Assembly: GCA_009775225.1 (NCBI GenBank)
Contig: VSPE01000004.1
Coordinates: 15,667-79,666, forward strand
Source of the DNA: Muribaculaceae bacterium
Lineage (GTDB): Bacteria; Bacteroidota; Bacteroidia; Bacteroidales; Muribaculaceae
Length of the DNA stretch: 64,000 bases
Direction: 5' to 3'
In this document: one piece after another, positions 44,066 through 53,200 of the stretch
Position numbering within the stretch: the first letter of the stretch is position 1
How the letters are laid out: every line of letters starts with the position of its first letter
Translations under genes and position numbers: made by a program
Notes under the pieces: generated by a model
What the model was told of the DNA's origin: nothing
The model's input: the letters and a program-made list of their open reading frames with translations, nothing else
Databases searched by the model: none

Positions 44066-44899
44066 TCAGGCTTTGCTTATTATGCCGTTGGGCGCGATGC
44101 TGATTTTATGTTCGCGATAGAGGTGGCCTACGGCTTTTTTGAAGTCTTTCTTCGAGCAGGCGAAGAGCATTTCGATAAGCTCGGGCGATGATTTGTCGCC
44201 TACGGGTGCGGCGCCGTCGGATGCGAGGTGCTCGAGGATGCGGTCGGCGAGTGCAGCCTGTCGGCGTGGTGCGGCGTCCTGCATGGTGAGGTCGATTTTG
44301 CCGTCGGGGCGTATCTGTTTTACGTAGGCAGTGACTGTTTCTTCTATTTCGATAGGGCTGTAGAGCTCGTTGGAGTATATGATGCCGCGGTGCAGATTGT
44401 CTACTATCACTTTATATCCTATCGGGGTGTGTTCGGTGACGAGGGCCGACACTTTTTGTCCCGGGCGATATTCGGGGAATACGTTGCCGAGGAATTTTTC
44501 GATTTTGGCCGATGCTACTATGCGCCCCGAAGCGTCGTCGACGTATATATACACAAGGTATATGCCGCCGCGCCGCATGCGCACCTTCTGCTGGTTGTAG
44601 GGCACAAGGAGGTCTTTTATAAGGCCCCAGTCGAGGAAGGCGCCAACATCGTTTATGGCTGTGACTTCAAGGTAGGCGAACTCTCCTACAGTGGCGTAGG
44701 GGCGCTCGGTGGTGGCGATGAGCCTGTCTTCCGAGTCTTTGTATATGAATACGCGTACGGTGTCGCCTTGCTGTGGATTTTCGGGCATGTAGCGCGCGGG
44801 CAAAAGTACCTCGGCTTCTTCGCCGGGCTTGGAAAGGTATGCGCCGAAGTCTACCAGACGGCGTATTTCCATATCCTGATATTTTCCTAATTCTATCAT
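44066..44899 (-). CDS. S1 RNA-binding-domain protein, CvfB/YitL family
   Basis: The start is set at the ATG at 44897-44899 (MIELGKYQDMEIRRLVDFGAYL, the first S1-like domain). Repeated S1-like segments follow, then a winged-helix tail. The 19-aa extension to 44956 is unsupported. Confidence 0.75.
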   Translation of the reverse strand: MIELGKYQDMEIRRLVDFGAYLSKPGEEAEVLLPARYMPENPQQGDTVRVFIYKDSEDRLIATTERPYATVGEFAYLEVTAINDVGAFLDWGLIKDLLVPYNQQKVRMRRGGIYLVYIYVDDASGRIVASAKIEKFLGNVFPEYRPGQKVSALVTEHTPIGYKVIVDNLHRGIIYSNELYSPIEIEETVTAYVKQIRPDGKIDLTMQDAAPRRQAALADRILEHLASDGAAPVGDKSSPELIEMLFACSKKDFKKAVGHLYREHKISIAPNGIISKA

Positions 44900-45001
44900 T
44901 ATCGGGGTTAAGTTTGTTACTGTAAAAACAATGTATGCGCGTGCTTTGTGGTGCATCGCCGCGCCTTTTTTGTGTTTACCTTTGCAAAGTAAGGATAATA
45001 A

Positions 45002-45034
45002 TTTGAGATATCGCCAAAAATTTCATTAAATTTG
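45002..45034 (+). promoter_or_regulatory. Bacteroidota-type promoter for rsmG (-33 TTTG, -7 TAAATTTG)
   Basis: TTTG at 45002-45005 and TAAATTTG at 45027-45034 with a 21-nt spacer. The ATG at 45056 is 21 nt downstream. Confidence 0.6.
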
Positions 45035-45055
45035 CATAATCAATACAATATTATA

Positions 45056-45709
45056 ATGGATATAATCGACAGCGTAGAACTTGTCACCAAATATTTTCCG
45101 TCGCTCGATGAGCGTCAGGCCGATGCTTTCAGGCGTCTGGAGACTCTTTATGAGGACTGGAACACCAAGATAAATGTAATATCGCGCGCCGATACAGGCA
45201 ATCTGTACTGCCGCCATGTGCTGCACTCACTGGCTATCGCGAAATTCCTGGGCGAGCTTGCTCTGGGCACCGCTGTAATGGATTTAGGCACGGGAGGCGG
45301 TTTTCCCGGTATTCCGCTGGCCATATTCTATCCTCAGTGCCGTTTTCATCTTATCGACCGCATCGGCAAGAAAATCAGGGTGGCCACGGAGGTTGCTGCC
45401 GCCGTGGGACTGGATAATGTGACGTTTCAGCATGGCGACTCGGGCGAATGTCGCGAGCGCTTCGACTATGTGGTGAGCCGCGCCGTGATGCCTCTCGACG
45501 GTCTTCTGAAAGCTTGCTCAAAAAATATCGATTGCTCGAACCGTCGTCACAACAATATGGCCCCCGGACTTGTATGTCTTAAGGGCGGAGACCTTGCTGC
45601 CGAGTTCGCCGGGGTGAACCGCCCGATTATCGAGGTGCCGGTTAGCGACTATTTCTCCGAGCCGTTCTTCGAGACCAAAGAAGTGGTATATGTGCCGTTT
45701 GTAAAATAA
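45056..45709 (+). CDS. rsmG: 16S rRNA (guanine527-N7)-methyltransferase
   Basis: 217 aa from the ATG at 45056; the ORF-track start at 45032 is a TTG inside the -7 box. VMDLGTGGGFPGIPLAI is the GidB SAM motif. Confidence 0.9.
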   Translation: MDIIDSVELVTKYFPSLDERQADAFRRLETLYEDWNTKINVISRADTGNLYCRHVLHSLAIAKFLGELALGTAVMDLGTGGGFPGIPLAIFYPQCRFHLIDRIGKKIRVATEVAAAVGLDNVTFQHGDSGECRERFDYVVSRAVMPLDGLLKACSKNIDCSNRRHNNMAPGLVCLKGGDLAAEFAGVNRPIIEVPVSDYFSEPFFETKEVVYVPFVK

Positions 45710-45715
45710 AGTATT

Positions 45716-46360
45716 ATGCTGAAGGTAAAGCAGTTTTCTTTCAATCCCTTCGGGGTGAACACATACGTGGTATGGGATGAAGCCACGCATCAGGCTATGG
45801 TGGTAGACCCAGGCATGACAGATGCTTCCGAACAGAAGTTTTTTGACGGATATATTGCCGACAACGCGCTTACCGTGAAGTATATTGTAAACACGCACAT
45901 GCACCTCGACCATGTGTTCGGAGACAACTACGTGCGCGACCACTACGGTGTCAAGATTTCGGCTCATCCTGCCGATGCGCCTCTTGGAGCGTTGGTCGAC
46001 GGGCAGGCCGCCATGTTCGGGGCGTCGCTTCCTGCCTCGTATAATACAAAGGCTGAAATTACGTTGCATGAGGGCGACGAACTTACGTTGGGGGAGTATG
46101 TATTCAGGGTGATAGAAGTTCCCGGCCATAGCCCCGGCGGCATTGTGCTCTATTGTCCCGAGGGCGAGTTTGCTCTTGTGGGCGATTCTATCTTTGCCGG
46201 TTCGATAGGGCGTACCGACCTTCCCGGAGGTGACCATGCCACTCTTATAAATGCACTGAAGACCAAGGTGCTCACATTGCCCGATAATACGCGTCTCCTT
46301 CCGGGCCACGACATGAGTACTACTGTGGCCCGAGAGAAGACAAATCCGTTTATAGTCTGA
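45716..46360 (+). CDS. MBL-fold metallo-hydrolase (glyoxalase II-like)
   Basis: 214 aa with NTHMHLDHVFG (HxHxDH zinc motif), PGHSPGG and GRTD. Confidence 0.85.
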   Translation: MLKVKQFSFNPFGVNTYVVWDEATHQAMVVDPGMTDASEQKFFDGYIADNALTVKYIVNTHMHLDHVFGDNYVRDHYGVKISAHPADAPLGALVDGQAAMFGASLPASYNTKAEITLHEGDELTLGEYVFRVIEVPGHSPGGIVLYCPEGEFALVGDSIFAGSIGRTDLPGGDHATLINALKTKVLTLPDNTRLLPGHDMSTTVAREKTNPFIV

Positions 46361-46366
46361 GGGTTG

Positions 46367-47209
46367 CTACTTGAACAGGGATTTTGCCTTTGCCGGCGAG
46401 AGCCCGAGTTTTATAGCCTGCGAAGCATCGGCATGAGCTTCGTCGAGGCGGTATCTGTTGCGGTTAAGCCGCGCCCGGTAGTAGTATAGTTCTGCATCGT
46501 CGGGATACTTTTTCAATCCGTCCGCTATAGTTGTGCCTGCATCGCCGAGCAGTCCGAGGGCAAGCTGGCAACCGGCCAGACCGGCATAGTATTCGGCTGC
46601 CGGCTCGGTGTCGATGAGTCGGCGGAAGTATGGTATGGCCTCGCGGTTGCGCTCTGTCAGAGAGTAAAGTGTTGATAGAGCCTGTGCGGTGTAGGTGCTT
46701 TCCGGCTCCGCGTTTTTCAGCACTTCAAAATCGGCTTCGGCAGTAACGAGGTCTCCGCTGTACAGAGCTATTGTGCCGTGGAAGAAACGACTCTCGACAT
46801 TAAGTGAGTCTGCTTCAATTACAGCGCCGAAATCGCGGAACGCATCGGCGTCGCGACCCATTTTAAGAAATACTTTTGCGCGGTTCGCTATTACGGTGCG
46901 CATGGCTGGTGCGCGGCGGTGTGCCTCGTTGAGCGTGGCAAGAGCCAGCGAGTCGCGTTCCATGTAGCTGTACACCATGCCGAGGTTCGACATAAGCAGT
47001 ATGCTCTCCGGCGCGGCCGGGCGTATGGAAATGGCATCGATGAGGCGTGCGGCAGCCTCCTCGTAGTCGCCGTCGGCTATTGCCCGGTCGGCCTGCCCGC
47101 ACAGCAGGAAGTAGGGGTCTTCCTCGTCGTCGGGCCTGGAGGGAGTCACGGCAAGAGCGTTCAGCCCCAGCGAGCCGAGAATAATGAGGAGGGTAAAGAA
47201 GCGTTTCAT
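46367..47209 (-). CDS. secreted tetratricopeptide-repeat protein
   Basis: The start is trimmed to the ATG at 47207-47209 (MKRFFTLLIILGSLGLNALA), forming an ATGA overlap with the lgt stop. Multiple 34-aa A/Y/L-patterned repeats. The long Arg/His-rich extension in the ORF track is rejected. Confidence 0.8.
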   Translation of the reverse strand: MKRFFTLLIILGSLGLNALAVTPSRPDDEEDPYFLLCGQADRAIADGDYEEAAARLIDAISIRPAAPESILLMSNLGMVYSYMERDSLALATLNEAHRRAPAMRTVIANRAKVFLKMGRDADAFRDFGAVIEADSLNVESRFFHGTIALYSGDLVTAEADFEVLKNAEPESTYTAQALSTLYSLTERNREAIPYFRRLIDTEPAAEYYAGLAGCQLALGLLGDAGTTIADGLKKYPDDAELYYYRARLNRNRYRLDEAHADASQAIKLGLSPAKAKSLFK

Positions 47210-48069
47210 TTCTTGAGTTTGTCGTTCGGCTCCGGAGCGAAGCAGTTGGGGTAGGCTATAGCCTCGCGCTTGTGAGTAAAAGCCCACACAATAAGGAAGA
47301 TACCTAATAAGACGAAGGGTATGCTCAGCAGCTGCCCCATGTTGTACTCCATTGCAGCTTCGAAAGCTACCTGGTCGTTCTTGATAAACTCGATGAGGAA
47401 GCGCGAGCCGAAGGTGCCTATCAGGAATGTGCCGAAAAGCAGCCCCGGGCGTTCTCCGCAGTTTTTCTTCCAGTACATCCACATCATCAGGCCGAAGAGA
47501 GCTAGATATGTGAGAGCCTCGTAGATTTGTGTGGGGTGGCAGGCGAGGCCGTAGTAGAGGCGATGCCACTCTTCCGAACGGACGAACTTGAAGCCCCAGG
47601 GCAGTTCGGTGGGAATACCGAAAATCTCGGAGTTCATAAGGTTGCCGATGCGAATGAGGCAAGCAACAAATGCAATGGCAATGGTGAGGCGGTCGAATGT
47701 CCAGAGCGGGTTGCGCCTGGTGGTGAATATGGAGAACAGTATTACGGCGATAATGATGCCTATGGCGCCTCCGTGGCTGGCGAGACCGCCCTCCCAGGTG
47801 GCAAGTATCTTCCACGGGTGCGCCGAATAGTAGTCCCACTGGTAGAAGAATACATGACCGAGGCGTGCGCCGACAATGGTAGCCACACCTACATATATGA
47901 GCAGGATGCCGAGCCAGCGTTCGGGGACGCCTTCGCGCTTGAACATGCGGGCTACTATATTAAAGCCAATCCAAAATCCGATGGCGAACATCAGTCCGTA
48001 CCAGCGTATGGTGACAAAGCTGTCGATAATGTCGGGATTGATATCCCATGTGATAAACGAGGGAAACAT
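47206..48069 (-). CDS. lgt: prolipoprotein diacylglyceryl transferase
   Basis: 287 aa with IRWYGLMFAIGF, GARLGHVFFY and GGLASHGG, the Lgt signature segments. Confidence 0.9.
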   Translation of the reverse strand: MFPSFITWDINPDIIDSFVTIRWYGLMFAIGFWIGFNIVARMFKREGVPERWLGILLIYVGVATIVGARLGHVFFYQWDYYSAHPWKILATWEGGLASHGGAIGIIIAVILFSIFTTRRNPLWTFDRLTIAIAFVACLIRIGNLMNSEIFGIPTELPWGFKFVRSEEWHRLYYGLACHPTQIYEALTYLALFGLMMWMYWKKNCGERPGLLFGTFLIGTFGSRFLIEFIKNDQVAFEAAMEYNMGQLLSIPFVLLGIFLIVWAFTHKREAIAYPNCFAPEPNDKLKK

Positions 48070-48078
48070 TCTTTGAGA

Positions 48079-48145
48079 AATTAAGAATTATGAATTAAGA
48101 ATTAAAAATTAAGCGAAGATGAAATATAATTTTTAATTCTTAATT
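48079..48145. repeat. AT-rich cluster of AATTAAGAATTA 12-mers (two direct, one inverted, one partial)
   Basis: Exact 12-mers at 48079-48090 and 48093-48104. The reverse complement is at 48134-48145, and a partial copy is at 48107-48113. A 14-bp AT-only hairpin (aagaattaaaaatt/aatttttaattctt) can form. Confidence 0.5.
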
Positions 48146-48146
48146 T

Positions 48147-49550
48147 TTATTTTTTTTCATTTTTACTGAAGTAGTCTTTTGTCGCCTTTCTAACCTTGGG
48201 GCTAAGCAGCAGCACGGCAATCATAGTAGGGATAGCCATGAGTGCGTAGAAGAGGTCGCAGGCCCCGACGGCTGCCTCGATAGGCACTACGGCGAACACT
48301 ACGAGCGATGCCAGAAAGGCCCATGCGTAATATTTGCCGCGGCGGGTACCGAAGAGATAGTTGGCACATGTGGTGCCGTAGAACGAATAGCTGAACATCG
48401 ACGACATGGCAAAGCATATCGCGATGCACATGAGCAGGATGTCGCCCGCCGGAATGGCGTTGCTGAATGCCTGCATGGCAACCTCGAGGCCTTTTACGCC
48501 TTCCACGTCGATATTTCCGCACAGAAGTATGGCGACAGCCGTGAGGGTACATACGAGACCCGAGTCGATGCTCGGCCCGAGCATGGCGATTAGACCTTCG
48601 CGTACCGGCTCGTTGTTGCGAGAGGCTCCGTGCATGATAGAAGCCGTGCCTATGCCGGCATCGTTGACGAGAGCTGCACGGCGTGCTCCTATCAGTGCTA
48701 TGCCGGCCAGAGCGCCGAAGCCTGCGCGGAGATTGAAAGCTTCGTAGAAGATGCTCTTGAATACGGCAGGAACGCCCGATATGTTGGTGATGATGATGTA
48801 CAGTACCATAAGGAAGTAAAGCCCTACCATGAAGGGCACCATTATGGTTGCTACACGTGCAATACGTTTGATGCCACCGAGTATCACTACCGCGACTATG
48901 GCCGCTATGGCGCATCCGAAGAGCAGACGGTATACGCGCACGTTCTCAAGGCCGAGATAGCCTCCGAGCGTGCTTATAAACCCATTGTTGGCTATGCCCT
49001 CGGGGGTGGTGAAGGTGGCCATGAAAGCTTCTGTGAGCTGGTTGGCGTTCATGATGCACATAGTGCCGAAGAGGCCCGCTATGGCAAAGAATTTAGCCAG
49101 CGGAGTCCATTTCGGGCCGAGTCCTTGGGTGATGATGTGCATGGGGCCGCCCTGCGGTCGCCCGGCATCGTCCTTACCTTTATACATTATAGCGAGCACG
49201 CCTTCGTGATATTTGGTGGCCATGCCCACAAGAGCGCTGACCCACATCCAGAATATCGCTCCGGGGCCGCCAATCACGAGTGCGATAGCTACACCCGCTA
49301 TGTTGCCAAGGCCGATAGTCGCGGCCACAACAGAAGCGAGTGCCTGCACCGAAGATATCTGGCCGTTGCGGGCATTTTCTGCTGTGGGCTTTCGCTTTAG
49401 CTCTGCAAGTGCGGCTGGCAGGCATCGGAGCGACACCGCTCCCGACGACAGGAAAAGATACAGACCTCCGCCTATGAGGAGGAAGAAAAGAGGGTATCCG
49501 CCAAGCAGGTCGGCGGCATCTATAATGAATTGTCCTATTTTGTCAAACAT
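48147..49550 (-). CDS. alanine/glycine:cation symporter (AGCS family)
   Basis: 467 aa from the ATG at 49548-49550; the ORF-track start is a TTG inside the -7 box. The sequence is polytopic and includes GQISSVQALASVVAATIGLGNIAGVA, the AGCS signature. Confidence 0.9.
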   Translation of the reverse strand: MFDKIGQFIIDAADLLGGYPLFFLLIGGGLYLFLSSGAVSLRCLPAALAELKRKPTAENARNGQISSVQALASVVAATIGLGNIAGVAIALVIGGPGAIFWMWVSALVGMATKYHEGVLAIMYKGKDDAGRPQGGPMHIITQGLGPKWTPLAKFFAIAGLFGTMCIMNANQLTEAFMATFTTPEGIANNGFISTLGGYLGLENVRVYRLLFGCAIAAIVAVVILGGIKRIARVATIMVPFMVGLYFLMVLYIIITNISGVPAVFKSIFYEAFNLRAGFGALAGIALIGARRAALVNDAGIGTASIMHGASRNNEPVREGLIAMLGPSIDSGLVCTLTAVAILLCGNIDVEGVKGLEVAMQAFSNAIPAGDILLMCIAICFAMSSMFSYSFYGTTCANYLFGTRRGKYYAWAFLASLVVFAVVPIEAAVGACDLFYALMAIPTMIAVLLLSPKVRKATKDYFSKNEKK

Positions 49551-49556
49551 AATTTG

Positions 49557-49564
49557 CAAAGGTA
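49557..49564 (-). promoter_or_regulatory. candidate -7 promoter box (TACCTTTG) abutting the symporter start codon
   Basis: Plus strand caaaggta, 6 nt from the ATG at 49550. Confidence 0.45.
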
Positions 49565-49609
49565 GGCATTTCCCTCCGATTTTTTATCAGCTTGACAATA
49601 TTTAAGAGA

Positions 49610-50164
49610 TTACTTAACCAGGATTTTTGATACACTGCCGTCGGCTTTGTCAATTACGATATATACACCCTGAGCGAGCGACGAAGTGTCGGGCGAGCCG
49701 TCGGCATTTGCTGGTATACGCACTGATGTATGCGGATGAGTCACAAGGTAAGCAGTATACTCGGCATTGTGTGTTTCTGGACGCGCTATGCCTGCCGAGG
49801 CGGCCGCAACGGTTACAGGCTCGCCGCGAGTGGAGCCGTAGGAGTTATACGCTATCGGAGTGAACTGAGTGCTGCGGTCGGCGTCGACGTCGGTCTCGAA
49901 ATATCCTTTTTGGAAGTCGTAGACCTCGAAGCGGCTCGGCGCACGTGCACCCTGCCGCAAGCGCTCTATTACCACACGGTCAAGACCGTCGATGCCGTGC
50001 ATCTTTATGTGCACCATGCGCAGGTCGCCGGGTTGTGCCGGTTCGGTAACTTTTTCCACTTCAAGCACTATGGCTTGTGGCGGCTGTCCTTGCGCGGCGA
50101 CAAGAGGTGAAAACAACATTGCAATAAGTACTGTTACTGCAATTTTGAGTGATTTATGTGACAT
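49610..50164 (-). CDS. small secreted protein with a T9SS-type C-terminal sorting tail, function unknown
   Basis: The ATG at 50162-50164 gives MSHKSLKIAVTVLIAMLFSPLVAAQ. The C-terminus ...AQGVYIVIDKADGSVSKILVK resembles the T9SS CTD. The ORF-track TTG start lies inside the -7 box. Confidence 0.6.
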   Translation of the reverse strand: MSHKSLKIAVTVLIAMLFSPLVAAQGQPPQAIVLEVEKVTEPAQPGDLRMVHIKMHGIDGLDRVVIERLRQGARAPSRFEVYDFQKGYFETDVDADRSTQFTPIAYNSYGSTRGEPVTVAAASAGIARPETHNAEYTAYLVTHPHTSVRIPANADGSPDTSSLAQGVYIVIDKADGSVSKILVK

Positions 50165-50170
50165 AGTATG

Positions 50171-50202
50171 CAAATATAAGATTTTTTTTGCGTATATGCA
50201 AA
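50171..50202 (-). promoter_or_regulatory. Bacteroidota-type promoter (-33 TTTG, -7 TATATTTG) with near-leaderless geometry
   Basis: On the plus strand, caaatata is at 50171-50178 and caaa at 50199-50202, with a 20-nt spacer. The -7 box ends 6 nt from the ATG at 50164. Confidence 0.6.
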
Positions 50203-50225
50203 AAATGGTGTCGGGTAATTCACTG

Positions 50226-50260
50226 AAAAAAGGCCGCGAGCCATGAGGGCCGCGGCCTTT
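50226..50260 (-). terminator. rho-independent terminator after the amylase gene
   Basis: 10-bp stem aaaggccgcg/cgcggccttt with a 12-nt loop. On the minus strand it runs into UUUUUU. Confidence 0.7.
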
Positions 50261-50298
50261 GCCGTATGATTTATCGGAGCGGGGATGCTCTCAAGTTA

Positions 50299-53200
50299 TC
50301 AGTGTATGTAGATTTTCTGTATCTTGTTGCCGGTGCGTTTGATATAGAAGCCGCGAGAGGGATTGTCTACACGCATGCCCTGCATGTTGTAGTACTCGGC
50401 AGGTGCGTTGGTGTCGGCTTCGACAGTCTCTATTGCAGTGGTCATCCACAGGCCGCAATCGGTGATGTCGACTTTGCTTGTGGTGGAAGTAGCTCGGTAG
50501 AGGTGGTTTGAAGTGGGTGTTACGTCCACGCTCTGTATGCCGTTGCCGTTGTTGAATACCACGCCGGTTGTGCCTTCGGGCAGCACGAAGTAGTATACAT
50601 TGTCGCGCACGAGTGTCATGTCTTTGCCGGGCCATGTCGAAGCCTCTTCACCGCCCCAGTAGTGGATTTTCACGGGGTTCCAGCTGGTTACGGAGTTGTC
50701 GTAGTAGACTACGAAGCCTTCGGGCTCTTCGGGCTTTTCGATTTTGTGGAATGTCACAGAGCCGGTCTGTACATTGCCGTCGGCGCCGGTTGCGCCCCAA
50801 CTTACGGTTACGTTGTCGCCAACGGCTATGTTTTCGCCAAGAGAGAAGGTGGCTGATGTGCCGCTGATATTCACTTTTGCGTCGGTACCGATAGCATACC
50901 AGGCCGAAACGGCGTTTTTAACAGTGGCGGTTACGGTGATAGTTTCGTAGAAGTCTCCGCCGTTGGGCGAGAAGCGAACTGCGGGAACCGGAGAAACCGA
51001 TATGTCGAGCTTTGTTGCGGTCGAGCCGCCGGTGTATTCGAAGAAGGTGTCTTCGCTTATGCCGGAGATGTCGCCGGTCTGGTTGCCGTTTTTGTTGAAG
51101 ATTAAGTTCACCGACTCCATGTCGTCGAATGTAAAGTAGTACCAGTCGTCCTCGGCTACGGAAACGGTTTCAGAGAGCGTTTTGCCGGGCCATGCACCGT
51201 TGGGTTCTACATTTGCGCCGTCGCTGTTCTTGCCCCAGGCGTAGAGGTTGATGCCATCGGTGCCTTTTACATAGACGGTGATAGTAGCGTTGGGGTCGAC
51301 TTTCTTGTAAGAGACAGTGCCGTTGAACTCGGCGCCGTTGGCATCGGTAGCACCCCATTCCACTTTCACGCTTTCGCCGAAGTTCATGGTCTTGCCGATT
51401 TCGAAGGTGCTTGTGCCGCTGATGCTTACGCGTGTGCCGTCACCCACTTTATACCAGCCGCTTACGGCCTCGCTGTTGAGGCTTGCGCTTACGGTTATGT
51501 ACTCGGTCTTGAAAGTGCCTCCGTTGGGCGAGAATACAACCTTGGCGTTGTCTACGAAGTCGGCTGCGGTATAGTATTCGGTGGTGCCGGGGTCGGTGAA
51601 TGTGACGCTTCCGCCGTGAGCTACTGCGGAAGTGGTGTAGATGAATTTGCCGTCTTCACCAACCTGGCCGTCCTTCCAATCCTTTACAAGTACGCGGAGC
51701 TGGCCCTGGGTCTTGGGTGCGTCTACGGTAATCGAGGCGCCGCCCTGATATGTCTTGCCGGTTACGAGGTCGGTATATGTGCCTGCCGGAACGTTGCTGA
51801 AAGTGGCGCCGCCGTTGATGCACACCAGTGCGTAGCTGTCTTTATATGCGCGTTTGAAAGCGAAGCCGCCGTTTGCCGAGCATCCGTCGAAAGTGTATTG
51901 GCCTTTGCGGAGTGCAGGTACAGCCGCACGGATTTGGTTGAGGCGACGGATGTGCTGTGCCAGGTCGGCGTCGAGGGTCTGTGCCACGTTGCCGCTGGCG
52001 GTGTATGTGCCGAAGTCGGTGGCTGTTACGGAGCCTTCGAGGTAAGCGCCGAAGTATGCGCGTCCTGATTCCTTAAGAGCCAGCATCGGGCCTTTGTCGA
52101 TTGTCTTGCCTTTCTGGAATTCCACTTCGGAACCGTAATATATACAGGGGATACCGCGGAACGTGAACATCAGCGAGAGGTTCTCGGCCCACTGCGCAGT
52201 GCCGCCGTTGAAGCGTACGCCGTCGTTGGGGCCGGGGCAGTAGTCGTGCGAGTCTACATATACCACGTTCCACGAAGCGTCGTTGTAGTACTTGTCGCCG
52301 GATTGAGCTATAGCTACAGCCTGTCCGGCGTTGTTGAAGTTGTAGTGCATGGGGAAGTCGATTACATTGAAGCCCGAGGCATCGCTGTAGTCGGGTTCAT
52401 GCCATGCGCCGTTCTGCATGAATACGTTCTTGGAATCGTGCACGGTACCGGGGTCTTTGAGGCAGGTGAGCATGTTGCCTAAAGGCTCTGCGCCTTCCTT
52501 TACAAACTGCTGTGCCCACCAGTCGGCAGTATATGTTTTCCATTCGCTCACCAGTGCGGGGTCGGATTTCCAGGTGTAATAATGGCTCGAAAGCACGTGC
52601 TGGTCGCGGTATATAACGCCGCCGTAGCGGGCGCAGCACTCGCCGAACATATAGAACGGAGCCTGATTGAGTCGTTTGCTCTTGTACTTTTCGCCAAGTT
52701 CGATGAAGCGGGGTATAAATGCGGAATTGAATGTGAGAGGCGCGATATGGCCCGTGGTGTCGATGCGGAAACCGTCGACGCCCATTTCGATGAACTTGCC
52801 GTAACATTCTACAAGATAGTCTACAACGGCCTGGTTCTCGGTGTTAAGGTCAACGCAGTCGCCTGCAATCTGTCCCCACCAGCGGCTGGGTTCGTCCCAG
52901 TTCCATGCATTAGCCACGTGGTGCCAGTAGTTCTTGTTGTCGTGGTTTTGGCCGTCGGTGTTCTTCATGTATTTGAAGCGTTCGCCATACTGGGTGCCGG
53001 GCGCATCGCCTTCGGGCTTTAAGTTCCAGTACGACTGGCCTCCGAGCTTTTCATCGTCGGGGATGAGAGAGGCCTGGATGTTTGCCTGATTGCGGATGTC
53101 CTGACTGCGGTCGAAGAGCTTGCACAGGCTGCTTTCGCCGAAGTTGCCTGTGTGCTGGAGCACGATGTCGAGGATGATTTTCATGCCCTTTGCATGGGCT

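Noticed and set aside
45518-46309. 263-aa minus-strand ORF
   Set aside because: It is antisense to rsmG and the MBL hydrolase, both of which have clear motifs. It has no motif of its own.
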